Shown piece by piece: positions 9,683 through 23,136 of a stretch of 24,991 bases of DNA; position 1 is the first letter of the stretch; every line of letters begins with the position of its first letter. Below the pieces are notes generated by a model. The model saw nothing but the letters and a program-made list of their open reading frames with translations, searched no databases and was not told the origin of the DNA. Origin of the DNA: a virus (Duplodnaviria > Heunggongvirae > Uroviricota > Caudoviricetes); IMG/VR virus record IMGVR_UViG_2706794664_000002. One strand, given 5' to 3'. Position numbers and translations under genes: made by a program.

Positions 9683-10381
9683 TTACTGCGAAAGTTTGTT
9701 AATGGAAAGGAAGCCGCCAAAGTTGCCGACGTTATTGCGAAACTTACAGCCACTCAGGCATTTGCTGCATTTATCCTTCGTGATGTCGGACGTTGGCTGG
9801 TCATATTCATCCGCGACCGCCGGACCGTGATAACCGCACTCATCGCCGCGATAGGTCCAGGTGCAGGTGTTGGCCAGCATGATACGTCCCGGAAAAACAG
9901 CGCCATCTGTTTCCGTCGGCGTGGACAGTACAAAAGAGGCACTCACCGCGCTCAGTTCGCTGCACTGCTCAATGCGCCAGCGGCTGATCACCTCCTGCTC
10001 CGGATCGGCGTCACTGTTTCCGTTGACGAAGTTCACCGCATCCAGAAAACGGGCGTAAACCTTACGCCGGACCACCGTTCCGCCGACCAGACTCTGTAGA
10101 TCTTCCGCCATCCCGGTGACCATACCGTACAGGTTAGAAACCATCAGCGTGGGGCGCGTACTGGTGCCTTTGCCATTCAGTTCAAAACCACTCCCCTGAA
10201 TGGGATACGGCTGATACTGTCGCCCCTGCCAGGTGACCGGCTCACCTTTTTCGTTCTGCTCATTACAGAAAAAATAACGTTCTCCACCGACCTCTGTCAG
10301 ATCGATTTCCCAGAGCACCACGCTGGCCGACTGCTCCGCACGGGTGCATTCATTCAGTGTTTCCTGCCGGATATCCTGCAT
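9683..10381 (-). CDS. L: Minor tail protein L
   Basis: 232-aa ORF MQDIRQETLNECTRAEQSASVVLWEIDLTEVGGERYFFC...FGGFLSINKLSQ; start overlaps the M stop (ATGA). Confidence 0.92.
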   Translation of the reverse strand: MQDIRQETLNECTRAEQSASVVLWEIDLTEVGGERYFFCNEQNEKGEPVTWQGRQYQPYPIQGSGFELNGKGTSTRPTLMVSNLYGMVTGMAEDLQSLVGGTVVRRKVYARFLDAVNFVNGNSDADPEQEVISRWRIEQCSELSAVSASFVLSTPTETDGAVFPGRIMLANTCTWTYRGDECGYHGPAVADEYDQPTSDITKDKCSKCLSGCKFRNNVGNFGGFLSINKLSQ

Positions 10382-10710
10382 CAGTTCACCACCTGTTCAA
10401 ACTCTGCGCTGAACTCAACACGCAGCATACTGACCCGCGACGACCATTTTGCGCAGGTCACCTTTATCTGCCGCCACTCATAAGGCGGCGTCCACAGAAA
10501 GGCTTTCCAGCCCCCGTGCTCTTCCAGAAACGACTCCAGTACCATGGCCTCCTCACGGGGGACAGAAAGCGTCACGCTGTACGTTTTCAGGTTGGCATTC
10601 AGCCCGGCAGGCGCTCGCTGGGAATAGCCATCACCAAAGCGCACCTTTCTTACAGAAGGGGCCGAAGCCACATCCATACCGGGTTTCACTTTCCAGCGGA
10701 AGGTTTTCAT
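10381..10710 (-). CDS. M: Minor tail protein M
   Basis: 109-aa ORF MKTFRWKVKPGMDVASAPSVRKVRFGDGYSQRAPAGLNANLKTYSVTL...; start overlaps the H stop. Confidence 0.92.
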   Translation of the reverse strand: MKTFRWKVKPGMDVASAPSVRKVRFGDGYSQRAPAGLNANLKTYSVTLSVPREEAMVLESFLEEHGGWKAFLWTPPYEWRQIKVTCAKWSSRVSMLRVEFSAEFEQVVN

Positions 10711-13221
10711 CGTCCACCTCCGGAGAACAGGCCACCATCACGCATCTGTGTCTGAATTTCATCACGGGCACCCTTGCGGGCCATGTCATACACGGCCTTC
10801 ATCATCTGTGGACCTGGCAGACCATTCGTACCGTCGTTCTGAATCACCACGTGATTGTTCTGATTAAAATTAATGCCTTCAGCCCGCCGCATCTGCGCCG
10901 GACTTCCGGCACCGCCCACATAACCACCTTCCGCATAGCCGCGCATCAGCCGGTAGAGATTCCCCACGCCAATCCGGCTGGTTGCCTCCTTCGTGAAGAC
11001 AAATTCACCACGGTGAACAATCCCCGCTGGCTCATATTTGCCGCCGGTTCCCGTAAATCCCCCGGTTGCAAAATGGAATTTCGCCGCAGCGGCCTGAATG
11101 GCTGTACCACCTGACGCGGATGCGCCGCCACCAACAGCCCCGCCANNNNNNNNNNNNNNNNNNNNNNNNNNNNNNNNNNNNNNNNNNNNNNNNNNNNNNN
11201 NNNNNNNNNNNNNNNNNNNNNNNNNNNNNNNNNNNNNNNNNNNNNNNNNNNNNNNNNNNNNNNNNNNNNNNNNNNNNNNNNNNNNNNNNNNNNNNNNNNN
11301 NNNNNNNNNNNNNNNNNNNNNNNNNNNNNNNNNNNNNNNNNNNNNNNNNNNNNNNNNNNNNNNNNNNNNNNNNNNNNNNNNNNNNNNNNNNNNNNNNNNN
11401 NNCCAGAGGATTATCGCCATACTGTTCCTTCAGGCGCTGTTCCGTGGCTTCCCGCGCTGCCTGCCGGTCAGTCAGCCCCCGGTTTTTCGCATCAATGGCT
11501 GCCCGTTTTGCCCGTTGCTGCTGTGCGAATTTATCCGCCTGCTGCGCCAGCGCATTCAGGTGCTCCTGATACGTAACCTTGTCACCAAGTGCAGCCAGCT
11601 GGCGTTTGTACTCCAGCGTCTCGTCTTTATGCGCCAGCAGGGATTTCTCCTGTGCGGACAGCTGGCGACGTTGTGCCGCCTCCTCCAGTACCGCGAACTG
11701 ACTTTCTGCCTTCCACAAATCCCGGCGCTGCTGGCTGATTTTCTCATTCGCTCCGGCATGCTTCTCCAGCGTCCGGAGTTCTGCCTGAAGCGTCAGCAGG
11801 GCCGCATGAGCACTGTCTTCCTGACGATCGCCCGCATACACCTTCACGCCGGACTGTTTCGGCTTTTTCAGCGTCGCTTCATAATCCTTTTTCGCCGCCG
11901 CCATCAGCGTGTTGTAATCTGCCTGCAGGATTTTTCCGTCTTTCAGTGCCTTGTTCAGTTCTTCCTGACGGGCGGTATATTTCTCCAGCGGCGTCTGCAG
12001 CCGTTCGTAAGCCTTCTGCGCCTCTTCGGTATATTTCAGCCGTGACGCTTCGGTATCGCTCTGCTGCTGCGCATTTTTGTCCTGTTGACGCTGTTGATCT
12101 ACCCTCTTTTGGGCTGCATCCCGCTCCAGGCGTTTTTTTTCACGATCATCCCAGTAACGCGCCCGTGCTTCATCGTTAACGAAATAATCATCCTTGCGCA
12201 GATTCCAGATGTCGTCTGCTTTCTTAAACGCAGCCTCTGCCTTAATCAGCATCTCCTGCGCGGTATCAGGACGACCAATATCCAGCACCGCATCCCACAT
12301 GGATTTGAATGCACGTGCAGTCCTGTCTGCCCAGGTCTCCAGCGTGCCCATGTTCTCTTTCAGGCGGCGGGTCTGGTCATCAAACCCTTTCGTTGCGGCC
12401 TCGTTCGCCGCCTGCAATGCCCCGGCTTCATCGCCGGAACGCTGCAACTGAGCAACATACGCAATCTGCTCCGCCGTCACGTTATGGAACTGGCGTGCCA
12501 TCGCCGTCAGCCCCGACGTCGGGTCTGTGGTCAGCTTCCCGAAGGCTTCAGCGACCTTGTCCACCTCCACGCCGGATGCAGAGGAGAAACGCGCCACACT
12601 CTGGCTGATGGACGCAATCTGAGCCTCACCGCTTACCCCCGCCTTAACCAGTGCGCTGAGTGACTCGCTGGTCTGGTTAAACGTCAGCCCTGCCGCCTGC
12701 CCGGCTCTGGACAGGACCAGCATACGATCTGCCGTCAGTCCCGCCTGATTACCGGAAAGGACCAGCGTTTTGTTGAAATCGGACAGGGTTGAGTTGCCCT
12801 GATACCAGGCATACGCCAGCGCACCGGTCGCCACCGCCAGCGAGGTGGCCCCCACCATCGGCAGGGTGATCGCGCCGGCAAGCCCCCTGAACATGGGGAT
12901 CATCCCGCCGAAGGAGTCCTTAACCTGACCACCCTGTTGCAGCAGGATCAGCCAGGGATTCTGCCCCCCTGCAAGCTGCGTGGCCACGTCGGTGAACTGT
13001 GCAGGCAGCATACGCATGGCGGCTTTATACTGCCCGACGGAAATCCCCGCTTTCTGTGCAGCCAGCGCCTGTCGGCTCAGCGACTGTTCAACGACTGCCG
13101 CTGTTTTTTTCGCATCACTTTCCGTACCGGAAAAATGACGCCTGACTCTGGCCATCTGCTCGTCAAATCTGGCCGCATCCAGACTCAAATCAACGACCAG
13201 ATCGCCTACCGGTTCAGCCAT
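10707..13221 (-). CDS. H: Tail tape measure protein H (N block 11146-11402 inside)
   Basis: N-terminus MAEPVGDLVVDLSLDAARFDEQMARVRRHFSGTESDAKK..., long coiled-coil-like Ala/Gln/Lys/Arg-rich body, C-terminal ...GGYVGGAGSPAQMRRAEGINFNQ...GGLFSGGGR*. Confidence 0.92.
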
Positions 13222-14052
13222 ACCGGACTCCTCCTGCGATCCCTTCTGATACTGTCATCAGCATTACGTCATCCTCCGTCATGTCCGCCACATCCGGGGA
13301 AGCGGGGATAACTTCATTCCCGTCCGGGCCAAAGCGGACACCTCCGGCAAGCCCTGCCGCTTTCTGCATCAGCACATCATCTTCAGGCTCTTCGTCAGCC
13401 TCGCGCCGGTTCAGCAGACTGAAATCCAGCGGATGCATCTCCGGATCGCTGAAAAACAGGCTGAGCACGGTGTACGTCAGCCCGGAAAAGTGCATATCCA
13501 GCAGAACATCATGAAAATAATGGGTACTGTAAAAGCGGTGCCAGTCGGCATACTCCGTGGATGACATCCCGGCAAGCATGGCGCGCCAGTCGGGTCGCCC
13601 CATCTCACGCGCCAGTTTCAGGGCAAAACTCAGCTCACCGTCGAACACTTTCCCGCAGAAACAGGCTCTGCAGGCCCGGCGTCCTCTGCCTGTTCAGGAG
13701 CATCATTCACCACAAACTCATACATACCGGACAGCCGGTACACCACGTTTTCAGCATGAGAAATTGCCTCTGTGGGCCAGGTGGTAAGCACTTCCTGCTC
13801 AATCTGTTTAACGGCTTCATTCATGGACGGCATCTGCGTCTTCTTCGGATGGTTATGCCACAGGGACATCGCAACCACAAAAGCGCCGGTTCTGATGGCG
13901 TCTTCCACAGTAAACTTCCGGTTGCTGTCTGACTCCGCCTGTTCTGCCTGCCGTTTCATCAGGTCGAGATGCTCAATACGCTGCAGGGCTGACAGTTCAG
14001 AAAGCGTGACGGTCACACCGTTATGTTCAAATGATTCGGTTTTCAGGAACAT
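13214..14052 (-). CDS. T: Tail assembly chaperone G-T fusion, made by a programmed -1 ribosomal frameshift near the 3' end of G
   Basis: T-frame ORF (13214-13648, ...MSSTEYADWHRFYSTHYFHDVLLDMHF...) overlaps the end of G in the -1 frame; slippery heptamer GGGAAAG on the minus strand at 13648-13654. Confidence 0.8.
13630..14052 (-). CDS. G: Tail assembly chaperone G
   Basis: 140-aa ORF MFLKTESFEHNGVTVTLSELSALQRIEHLDLMKRQAEQAE...; stop at 13630-13632, six codons after the slippery site. Confidence 0.9.
   Translation of the reverse strand: MFLKTESFEHNGVTVTLSELSALQRIEHLDLMKRQAEQAESDSNRKFTVEDAIRTGAFVVAMSLWHNHPKKTQMPSMNEAVKQIEQEVLTTWPTEAISHAENVVYRLSGMYEFVVNDAPEQAEDAGPAEPVSAGKCSTVS
13648..13654 (-). 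promoter_or_regulatory. Slippery heptamer G GGA AAG for the G-T -1 frameshift
   Basis: Plus strand CTTTCCC at 13648-13654 is GGGAAAG on the coding strand, positioned where the G and T frames overlap. Confidence 0.75.
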
Positions 14053-14067
14053 CGCTGACTCTCCGGA

Positions 14068-14808
14068 TTAACTGGCGGTGACGTTGATTTCTGCAACCGC
14101 AGCAAACTCACCATTACCAGATACGACCGGAATGTTGACCTTGCCTGCAGCAACACCTTTCACGGTGATGGTCATACCACTGACCGACACGGTGGCTTTT
14201 GTTTTATCCGCAGACACCGCACGGAAGCTCTTGTCGGTTGCGCCATCCGGCTGGAATGCCACGGTCAGCGTGGTGCTCTGCCCTTTCACTACGGAAGCAC
14301 TGGCGGGTGTCACCGTCATGCCGGTCGTCGCCGTCACCGTGCTGCGATCTTCTGCCATCGACGGACGTCCCACATTGGTGACCTTCACCGTGCGGGTAAT
14401 CACCTCCTTCGCCGTCACCGCCTTACCGATACTGCTGACCCAGCCACGGAACACATCGACCGTGCCGTTCGGGAAGCGGATTTTATAGGCACGGGTATCA
14501 CCTTCATTAAACCACGCCAGCAGCGCCTGCTGCCCCTGCTCTCCGGGCATCCACGCCAGCGTGAAGCTGGTATCTCCGGCAGATTTCTGCCCCTGCCCGG
14601 TCGCAGTCCAGTCTGCATCTTCATCATCGAGATAGCTGTCGTCATAGGACTCAGCGGTCAGTTCGCCGGGCGTCAGGTCTTTAACTTTTGCCAGACGCGA
14701 CCAGTCAACGTCTGAAAGCGGGTTCGCATAAGGGTCACCGCTCCCCTTATAAACCCACAGGGTGGTCCCGGCACCTTTCACCGGCATTGTAGGATTTGGT
14801 ACAGGCAT
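14068..14808 (-). CDS. V: Major tail tube protein V (with C-terminal Ig-like domain)
   Basis: 246-aa protein from [36 protein letters not shown]...; the track ORF starts 10 codons upstream at 14838, but the lambda-like start is at 14808. Confidence 0.92.
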   Translation of the reverse strand: MPVPNPTMPVKGAGTTLWVYKGSGDPYANPLSDVDWSRLAKVKDLTPGELTAESYDDSYLDDEDADWTATGQGQKSAGDTSFTLAWMPGEQGQQALLAWFNEGDTRAYKIRFPNGTVDVFRGWVSSIGKAVTAKEVITRTVKVTNVGRPSMAEDRSTVTATTGMTVTPASASVVKGQSTTLTVAFQPDGATDKSFRAVSADKTKATVSVSGMTITVKGVAAGKVNIPVVSGNGEFAAVAEINVTAS

Positions 14809-14815
14809 AGCGTCC

Positions 14816-15211
14816 TCACATTTCATAGATAATGACATAAGTCAGATCGGCTGAACTCCACAGGCCCGCATCATCGTCGCGCCGGTAGTCATAGCCGCTG
14901 GCCACCATACTGGTGATCAAATCTGACAGTGCCGGGATATCGCTCATCACCGGATAAATCCGGGACTCCATCCACGAATCCAGCTCTGAATCCGGCACCT
15001 GAGCAGGCAGGAAAACTTCAATATGCAGCTCCGCCTGCCAGGTATCGCTGTCCAGCTCTTCGCCCGTGTATTCAGCGCCGGTGAGATAAACGGCAATTGC
15101 CGGAAAATCTTCCTCATCAAAAACAGCGGGGCGACCATCAAAAAGCGTCGCCCCGGTGTCATGCTTCTCCAGTGCATCCAGTACGGCTGCACGGAGTTCA
15201 GTATGTTTCAT
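14816..15211 (-). CDS. U: Tail tube terminator protein U
   Basis: 131-aa [57 protein letters not shown]... Confidence 0.92.
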   Translation of the reverse strand: MKHTELRAAVLDALEKHDTGATLFDGRPAVFDEEDFPAIAVYLTGAEYTGEELDSDTWQAELHIEVFLPAQVPDSELDSWMESRIYPVMSDIPALSDLITSMVASGYDYRRDDDAGLWSSADLTYVIIYEM

Positions 15212-15823
15212 CGCTTTATTACCATTCTCAGTTGATGCTGCAGCGCATAGCCCAGCTCTTTCGGAAGACGTTCACGCCGTATCCGTTCAATATTCTGTTT
15301 AAACGCCGTGGTCAGCGGCACCGCCATCGGGATTTTCACCACATCAATGGGGTAACGGTTTTTCCCGGCCACACGCTGCATAACATGCCACCGGCCGTTT
15401 TTCAGTTGCTGAATAAACGCGCCGGGAATACGACGGTTACCCACCANNNNNNNNNNNNNNNNNNNNNNNNNNNNNNNNNNNNNNNNNNNNNNNNNNNNNN
15501 NNNNNNNNNNNNNNNNNNNNNNNNNNNNNNNNNNNNNNNNNNNNNNNNNNNNNNNNNNNNNNNNNNNNNNNNNNNNNNNNNNNNNNNNNNNNNNNNNNNN
15601 NNNNNNNNNNNNNNNNNNNNNNNNNNNNNNNNNNNNNNNNNNNNNNNNNNNNNNNNNNNNNNNNNNNNNNNNNNNNNNNNNNNNNNNNNNNNNNNNNNNN
15701 NNNNNNNNNNNNNNNNNNNNNNNNNNNNACGCGGTTAATGGCCATTGCGGCGGCACCGGGCACCGCCGTTTTGCTGATACGGCTGAGGTTTTCAACGGCC
15801 TGCTCAAGACCTTTTATGGCCAT
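15208..15823 (-). CDS. Z: Tail completion protein Z (N block 15447-15728 inside)
   Basis: N-terminus MAIKGLEQAVENLSRISKTAVPGAAAMAINR and C-terminus ...VGNRRIPGAFIQQLKNGRWHVMQRVAGKNRYPIDVVKIPMA...RMVIKR* flank the N block. Confidence 0.88.
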
Positions 15824-15834
15824 ACATCCCCCTT

Positions 15835-16188
15835 TCAGCGGCGACGGTTAACGGCAGGCGGTACGCCCCGTCCAAGCCAGAGATGACAACTTCCGCCATC
15901 ATCCGGCGAAACCCGATCTACCCAGAAATTTTCCTCACCGATGGTCAGCGTGTCTCCACGCCGCAGCTGCCGCACCTCATCAGTCCGGACAAACAGGGAC
16001 GGGCTGGAGCCTTCAACGCGCACGCCCTGTCCGGCATAGCTGATATTTTCAGGGTCATCAAAAACACCACGTATCACCGCACCTGACTGCTCACCGGATG
16101 TCATGGTGGCTGACGTTCCCATGTACCCGCGTATCGTTTCATCGGCGCGGGCAATGGCAGCATCGAACAGGTTATCGAAATCAGCCAC
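15835..16188 (-). CDS. FII: Head-tail joining protein FII
   Basis: 117-aa ORF MADFDNLFDAAIARADETIRGYMGTSATMTSGEQSGAVIRGVFDDPENISYAGQGVRVEGSSP... Confidence 0.9.
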   Translation of the reverse strand: MADFDNLFDAAIARADETIRGYMGTSATMTSGEQSGAVIRGVFDDPENISYAGQGVRVEGSSPSLFVRTDEVRQLRRGDTLTIGEENFWVDRVSPDDGGSCHLWLGRGVPPAVNRRR

Positions 16189-16199
16189 AGCGCCTCCCG

Positions 16200-16598
16200 T
16201 TATTGCATTCTGGCCAGGCCGCGCTCTGTCATTTCGGCTGCCACACCGGCAGAGACACGAAACGCCGTTCCCGGCAGCACAAATGCCACAGGTTTATCCC
16301 GCGTGGCGTGAAGTGCATCAGTATGCAGCGTCACCAGTGCCACGACCGTGACCAGTTCAGCCGTATCCTGAATCACGGTATCCGGCTGCGCTGATACCAC
16401 CTCATTTTCATGCCCGGTCAGCACATTTTCCCGGCTGAGAGGGGTGTCCTGACCGGCAGTTTCATCCGTGTCATCAAGCTCTTCTTCCAGCTCTGCCACA
16501 CGAAGCGCCAGTTCTTCTTTCGTTCCCGTCAAACTGACATCGCGGTTCAATTGCTCACCCAGCTCCTGAAGACGGGCAATCAGTTCATCTTTCGTCAT
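16200..16598 (-). CDS. FI: DNA packaging protein FI
   Basis: 132-aa protein from MTKDELIARLQELGEQLNRDVSLTGTKEELALRVAELEEELDD...; the track ORF begins 13 codons upstream, but the lambda-like start is at 16598. Confidence 0.88.
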   Translation of the reverse strand: MTKDELIARLQELGEQLNRDVSLTGTKEELALRVAELEEELDDTDETAGQDTPLSRENVLTGHENEVVSAQPDTVIQDTAELVTVVALVTLHTDALHATRDKPVAFVLPGTAFRVSAGVAAEMTERGLARMQ

Positions 16599-16639
16599 GA
16601 ACTCCTCCACAGAGAGAAAATGGCCCCGAAGGGCCATGA

Positions 16640-17665
16640 TTACGCCAGTTGAACGGACACGAACTCATCAGGATCAGCCAGCAGCATCAGCGGTGCTGAC
16701 TGAATCATGGTGAACTCACGCGCCGGATCGCCGGTGGTCACCCAGTTTTTCGGGTAACGGGCAGAGGCGTTAATGCCTTCGCGCTGTGCGTCCGCATCCT
16801 GAATGCAGCCATAGGTGCGCAGACCGCGAGCCTGAGTGTTCCCCAGCACCATCGTGTTGTCCGGCAGGAAGTTCTTTTTGACGCCGTTTTCCACGTACTG
16901 TCCGGAATACACGACGATGGCCACATCGCCATACATTCCCTTATAGGACACCGCTTTGCCCAGGTCTTTTACCGCTGTCTCCAGCTCGGAATGAGAGCCG
17001 CGACGGGTATCCAGCTTCTCCTTGACGGCTTTGAAGGAACGGAACAGCGCCCAGCCTTTCGGGTCAAACACGATGATATTCACCACACCGCTGGCGTTCA
17101 GCGCGTAGGCTTCGATATCGTCGGTCGGGTCATACGTGGACTTGTCACGCTTGCTCCACTCCGTGACGCCGGACTGTGTGATGTTGTTCGCCGCACTGCG
17201 GCCCATATCCACCTCAACCGGATCGAAGGCTTCACCGGTCATGGTGTATTTGCCCTTGAGCACGGCAGAAACTGCCTGCATCTCTTCGACCTGAGCAATG
17301 GCCAGCTCTTCGTCACGCATGTTCTGCATGATGATGCGACGGCGGCGGTAAGCCGGGTCCGCCAGATTCTGCGGATCTTCATCCGGCAGGCGACGCAGGG
17401 TCATCTGCGGATTCACCTCATGCTTGGGTTTGACATATCCCGGCGTAAATTCAGAGGTGGAGCCGCCACGGGAACGGATAACCTCACCGGAAACAATCGG
17501 CGAAACGTACAGCGCCATGTTTACCAGTCCCGGAATTTGTGAGAGATAGACTTTCTCCGTAGTGAAGGGATAGCTCTCACGGAAAAAGAGACGCAGAAAC
17601 AGCGGATCAAACTTAAATTTCTGCTCATTTGCCGCCAGCAGCTGGGCGGTTGTGTACATCGACAT
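16640..17665 (-). CDS. E: Major capsid protein E
   Basis: 341-aa protein from MSMYTTAQLLAANEQKFKFDPLFLRLFFRESYPFTTEKVYLSQIPGLVNMALYVSPIVSGEV... to ...DPDEFVSVQLA*. Confidence 0.93.
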   Translation of the reverse strand: MSMYTTAQLLAANEQKFKFDPLFLRLFFRESYPFTTEKVYLSQIPGLVNMALYVSPIVSGEVIRSRGGSTSEFTPGYVKPKHEVNPQMTLRRLPDEDPQNLADPAYRRRRIIMQNMRDEELAIAQVEEMQAVSAVLKGKYTMTGEAFDPVEVDMGRSAANNITQSGVTEWSKRDKSTYDPTDDIEAYALNASGVVNIIVFDPKGWALFRSFKAVKEKLDTRRGSHSELETAVKDLGKAVSYKGMYGDVAIVVYSGQYVENGVKKNFLPDNTMVLGNTQARGLRTYGCIQDADAQREGINASARYPKNWVTTGDPAREFTMIQSAPLMLLADPDEFVSVQLA

Positions 17666-17720
17666 AAAAAAATCCCGTAAAAAAAGCCGCACAGGCGGCC
17701 TTTAGTGATGAAGGGTAAAG

Positions 17721-18053
17721 TTAAACGATGCTGATTGCCGTTCCGGCAAACACGGTCCGTTTTTTCGTCTCGTCGCTGGCAGCCTCCGGCCAGAGCACAT
17801 CCTCATAACGGAACGTGCCGGACTTGTAGAACGTCAGTGTGGTGCTGGTCTGGTCAGCAGCAACCGCAAGAATGCCAACGGCAGCACCGTCGGTGGTGCC
17901 ATCCCACGCAACCAGCTTACGGGTGGAGGTGTCCAGCATCAGCGGGGTCATTGCAGGCGCTTTCGCACTCAATCCGCCGGGCGCGGTTGCGGTATGAGCC
18001 GGGTCACTATTGCCCAGCGGCTGGTAATGGGTAAAGGTTTCTTTGCTCGTCAT
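17721..18053 (-). CDS. D: Head decoration protein D
   Basis: 110-aa protein [89 protein letters not shown]... Confidence 0.92.
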   Translation of the reverse strand: MTSKETFTHYQPLGNSDPAHTATAPGGLSAKAPAMTPLMLDTSTRKLVAWDGTTDGAAVGILAVAADQTSTTLTFYKSGTFRYEDVLWPEAASDETKKRTVFAGTAISIV

Positions 18054-18061
18054 AAACATCC

Positions 18062-18681
18062 CTTACACTGGTGTGTTCAGCAAATCGTTAACGGCATCAG
18101 ATGCCGGGTTACCTGCAGCCAGCGGTGCCGGTGCCNNNNNNNNNNNNNNNNNNNNNNNNNNNNNNNNNNNNNNNNNNNNNNNNNNNNNNNNNNNNNNNNN
18201 NNNNNNNNNNNNNNNNNNNNNNNNNNNNNNNNNNNNNNNNNNNNNNNNNNNNNNNNNNNNNNNNNNNNNNNNNNNNNNNNNNNNNNNNNNNNNNNNNNNN
18301 NNNNNNNNNNNNNNNNNNNNNNNNNNNNNNNNNNNNNNNNNNNNNNNNNNNNNNNNNNNNNNNNNNNNNNNNNNNNNNNNNNNNNNNNNNCTCCGTCGCT
18401 TGCACCACGCCAGTAACGTCAGCCTGCGAAGCAGTGGCTGAAACAGTTGTTGATTGAGTCTCTTTGGTCATTCGCCCTCCTGAGAGACGGGATTTACGTG
18501 CATCCAGTGCATCACGCATGACGGTGATCGCATCGGTACTGTTAACAAGTTCATCAGCCAGTCCGGCATCAATGGCCTCCTGACCGCTGTACACTGCAGC
18601 CTCGGTATCCAGCACAGCCTGCACGGACAGGCCGGTATATGCCGACACCTTCTGTGCAAACATCCGGCGGGTTGCATCCAT
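18062..18681 (-). CDS. nu3: Scaffolding protein Nu3 (in-frame internal start within C, sharing its C-terminus)
   Basis: Internal Met at C residue 239 ([19 protein letters not shown]...), which corresponds to the lambda Nu3 start as I recall it. A second in-frame Met at 18469-18471 has a strong AGGAGG Shine-Dalgarno, so the true start is uncertain. Confidence 0.5.
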
Positions 18682-19395
18682 CCGGGACTGCAATGTTTCC
18701 CGGACATCATCCGGTAGATGGCTGTAGGGGTTGCCATCCACCTTATGGCTGCCGCTGTAAATCAGCGTGATTTCCACGCCCTGTTTCTCCAGTGCAGCGC
18801 CGTAATTACTGTGAGCCATCATGACGCCGATGGAGCCTGTCCGGGCGGTCTGCGTGACCAGACGCCGGGAGGCGGCACTGGCAAGCAGCTGACCTGCGCT
18901 GCAGTTCATGTCATTGGCCAGCGCCCATACCGGCTTTATGTCACGCACACGGGCGATGATGTCAGCGCAGTCAAATGCTCCCGCCACCATTCCGCCCGGT
19001 GTGTCCATATCGAGCAGAATGCCGTCCACCATCGGGTCGCTGGCAGCCTGTTGCAGACGGGCGATAATGCCGTTGTAACCGGTCATCCCCGAGTACGGCT
19101 GCAGCGCCCGCGTCCGGCTGACCAGCGTGCCGGACACCGGCAGCACGGCGATGCCGTTCATTACCTGATAACTGCGGGCCTGTCGTGGTCCGTCATCATC
19201 ACCGGATAACGCCAGCGCCGCGGGTGCCTCTCCGGCAGTCAGGCTGTCGCCGGATACTGCATCCGTCAGGCAGCTGATCCCAAGCTGGCCTGCAAGCGCA
19301 CAAAAGAAAACCCGCGCATAGGCGGGTTCAAGCATCAGCGGCTCATTAAAAGCCATGCTGGCAATATGCGGGAGATTACGCAGCTCTGCTGTCAC
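18062..19395 (-). CDS. C: Capsid assembly protease C (ClpP/S49-like minor capsid protein); N block 18136-18390 inside
   Basis: GTG start at complement 19393-19395, preceded by GAGGAGG and overlapping the 3' end of B; sequence (V)[30 protein letters not shown]...; C-terminus ...[15 protein letters not shown] with stop at 18062-18064 (frame re-derived by hand after the N block). Confidence 0.88.
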
Positions 19396-20985
19396 TCTTC
19401 TCCTCCTCTGTTGATTGTCGCAGCCCGGATTCAAATGCCGCAGCCGCCCAGGCGGGCGGTTTAAGACCAGCTGCGCGGCGCTCCATCGTTTCACGGACCT
19501 GCTGGGCAAAAATTTCCTGATAGTCGTCACCGCGTTTCGCGCACTCTTTCTCGTAGGTGCTCAGTCCGGCTTCTATCAGCATCACCGCTTCCTGAACTTC
19601 TTTCAGACCATCGATGGCCATACGACCGGAGCCTATCCAGTCGCAGTTCCCCCAGGCACTGCGGGCTTCCTGAAAGCTGAAGCGCGCTTTTGAAGGTAAC
19701 GTCACCACGCGGCGAACGATGGCCTCTTCCAGCCAGCACAGAAACATCTGGCTCGCCTGACGGGATGCGACGAATTTTCGCCGCCCCATAAAGTACGCCC
19801 ACGACTCGTTCGCACTGGCCCGTGCCGTGGAGTAGCTCATCTGGGCGTAATTCCGGGAAAGTTGCTCATACGAGACACCCAGCCCGGCAGCGATATACCG
19901 CAACAGTGACTGCTCAAACACGGAGTAGCCGTTATCCGTGTCCTGAGCCGTCTGCAGGTTCAGTGAGTCCCCCGGCATCAGGTGCGGCACTTTTGCGCCT
20001 CCCAGACGGACCGGTGCTGCGGCGTAATACGCGGCAATTTCACCAATCCAGCCCGTCAGCCTTTCCCGCTGCTCCTTACTGTTCGCGCCCAGAATAAAAT
20101 CCATCGCTGACTGCGTATCCAGCTCACTTTCAATGGTGGCGGCATACATCGCCTTCACAATGGCGCTCTGCAGCTGCGTGTTCTGCAGCGTGTCGAGCAT
20201 CTTCATCTGCTCCATTACGCTGTAAAACACATTTGCACCGCGGGTCTGCCCGTCCTCCACGGGTTCAAAAACGTGAATGAACGAGGCGCGCCCGCCGGGT
20301 AACTCACGGGGTATCCATGTCCATTTCTGCGGCATCCAGCCAGGATAGCCGTCCTCGCTGACGTAATATCCCAGCGCCGCACCGCTGTCATTAATCTGCA
20401 CACCGGCACGGCAGTTCCGGCTGTCGCCGGTATTGTTCGGGTTGCTGATGCGCTTCGGGCTGACCATCCGGAACTGTGTCCGGAAAAGCCGCGACGAACT
20501 GGTATCCCAGGTGGCCTGAACGAACAGTTCACCGTTAAAGGCGTGCATGGCCACACCTTCCCGAATCATCATGGTAAACGTGCGTTTTCGCTCAACGTCA
20601 ATGCAGCAGCAGTCATCCTCGGCAAACTCTTTCCATGCCGCTTCAACCTCGCGGGAAAAGGCACGGGCGTCTTCCTCCCCGATGCCCAGATAGCGCCAGC
20701 TTGGGCGATGACTGAGCCGGAAAAAAGACCCGACGATATGATCCTGATGCAGCTGGATGGCGTTGGCAGCATAGCCGTTATTGCGTACCAGATCGTCTGC
20801 GCGGGCATTGCCACGGGTAAANNNNNNNNNNNNNNNNNNNNNNNNNNNNNNNNNNNNNNNNNNNNNNNNNNNNNNNNNNNNNNNNNNNNNNNNNNNNNNN
20901 NNNNNNNNNNNNNNNNNNNNNNNNNNNNNNNNNNNNNNNNNNNNNNNNNNNNNNNNNNNNNNNNNNNNNNNNNNNNNNNNNNNNN
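19376..20985 (-). CDS. B: Portal protein B (N-terminal ~50 codons fall in N block 20822-21081; start coordinate approximate)
   Basis: Readable sequence from ...FTRGNARADDLVRNNGYAANAIQLHQDH... through ...MMIREGVAMHAFNGELFVQATWDTSSSRLFRTQFRMVSPKRISNPNN... to ...[12 protein letters not shown]; stop at 19376-19378. Confidence 0.88.
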
Positions 20986-20990
20986 NNNNN

Positions 20991-23110
<2,120 letters not shown>

Positions 23111-23136
<26 letters not shown>

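Noticed and set aside
11098-12663. Plus-strand ORFs (11098-12045, 12085-12663 and others) antisense to H
   Set aside because: Same reasoning: antisense to the well-supported tape measure gene, with no Shine-Dalgarno or plausible protein features.
14078-14488. 136-codon plus-strand ORF opposite V
   Set aside because: Antisense to the major tail protein gene; the Thr/Val/Ala-rich translation is a mirror of V codon usage.
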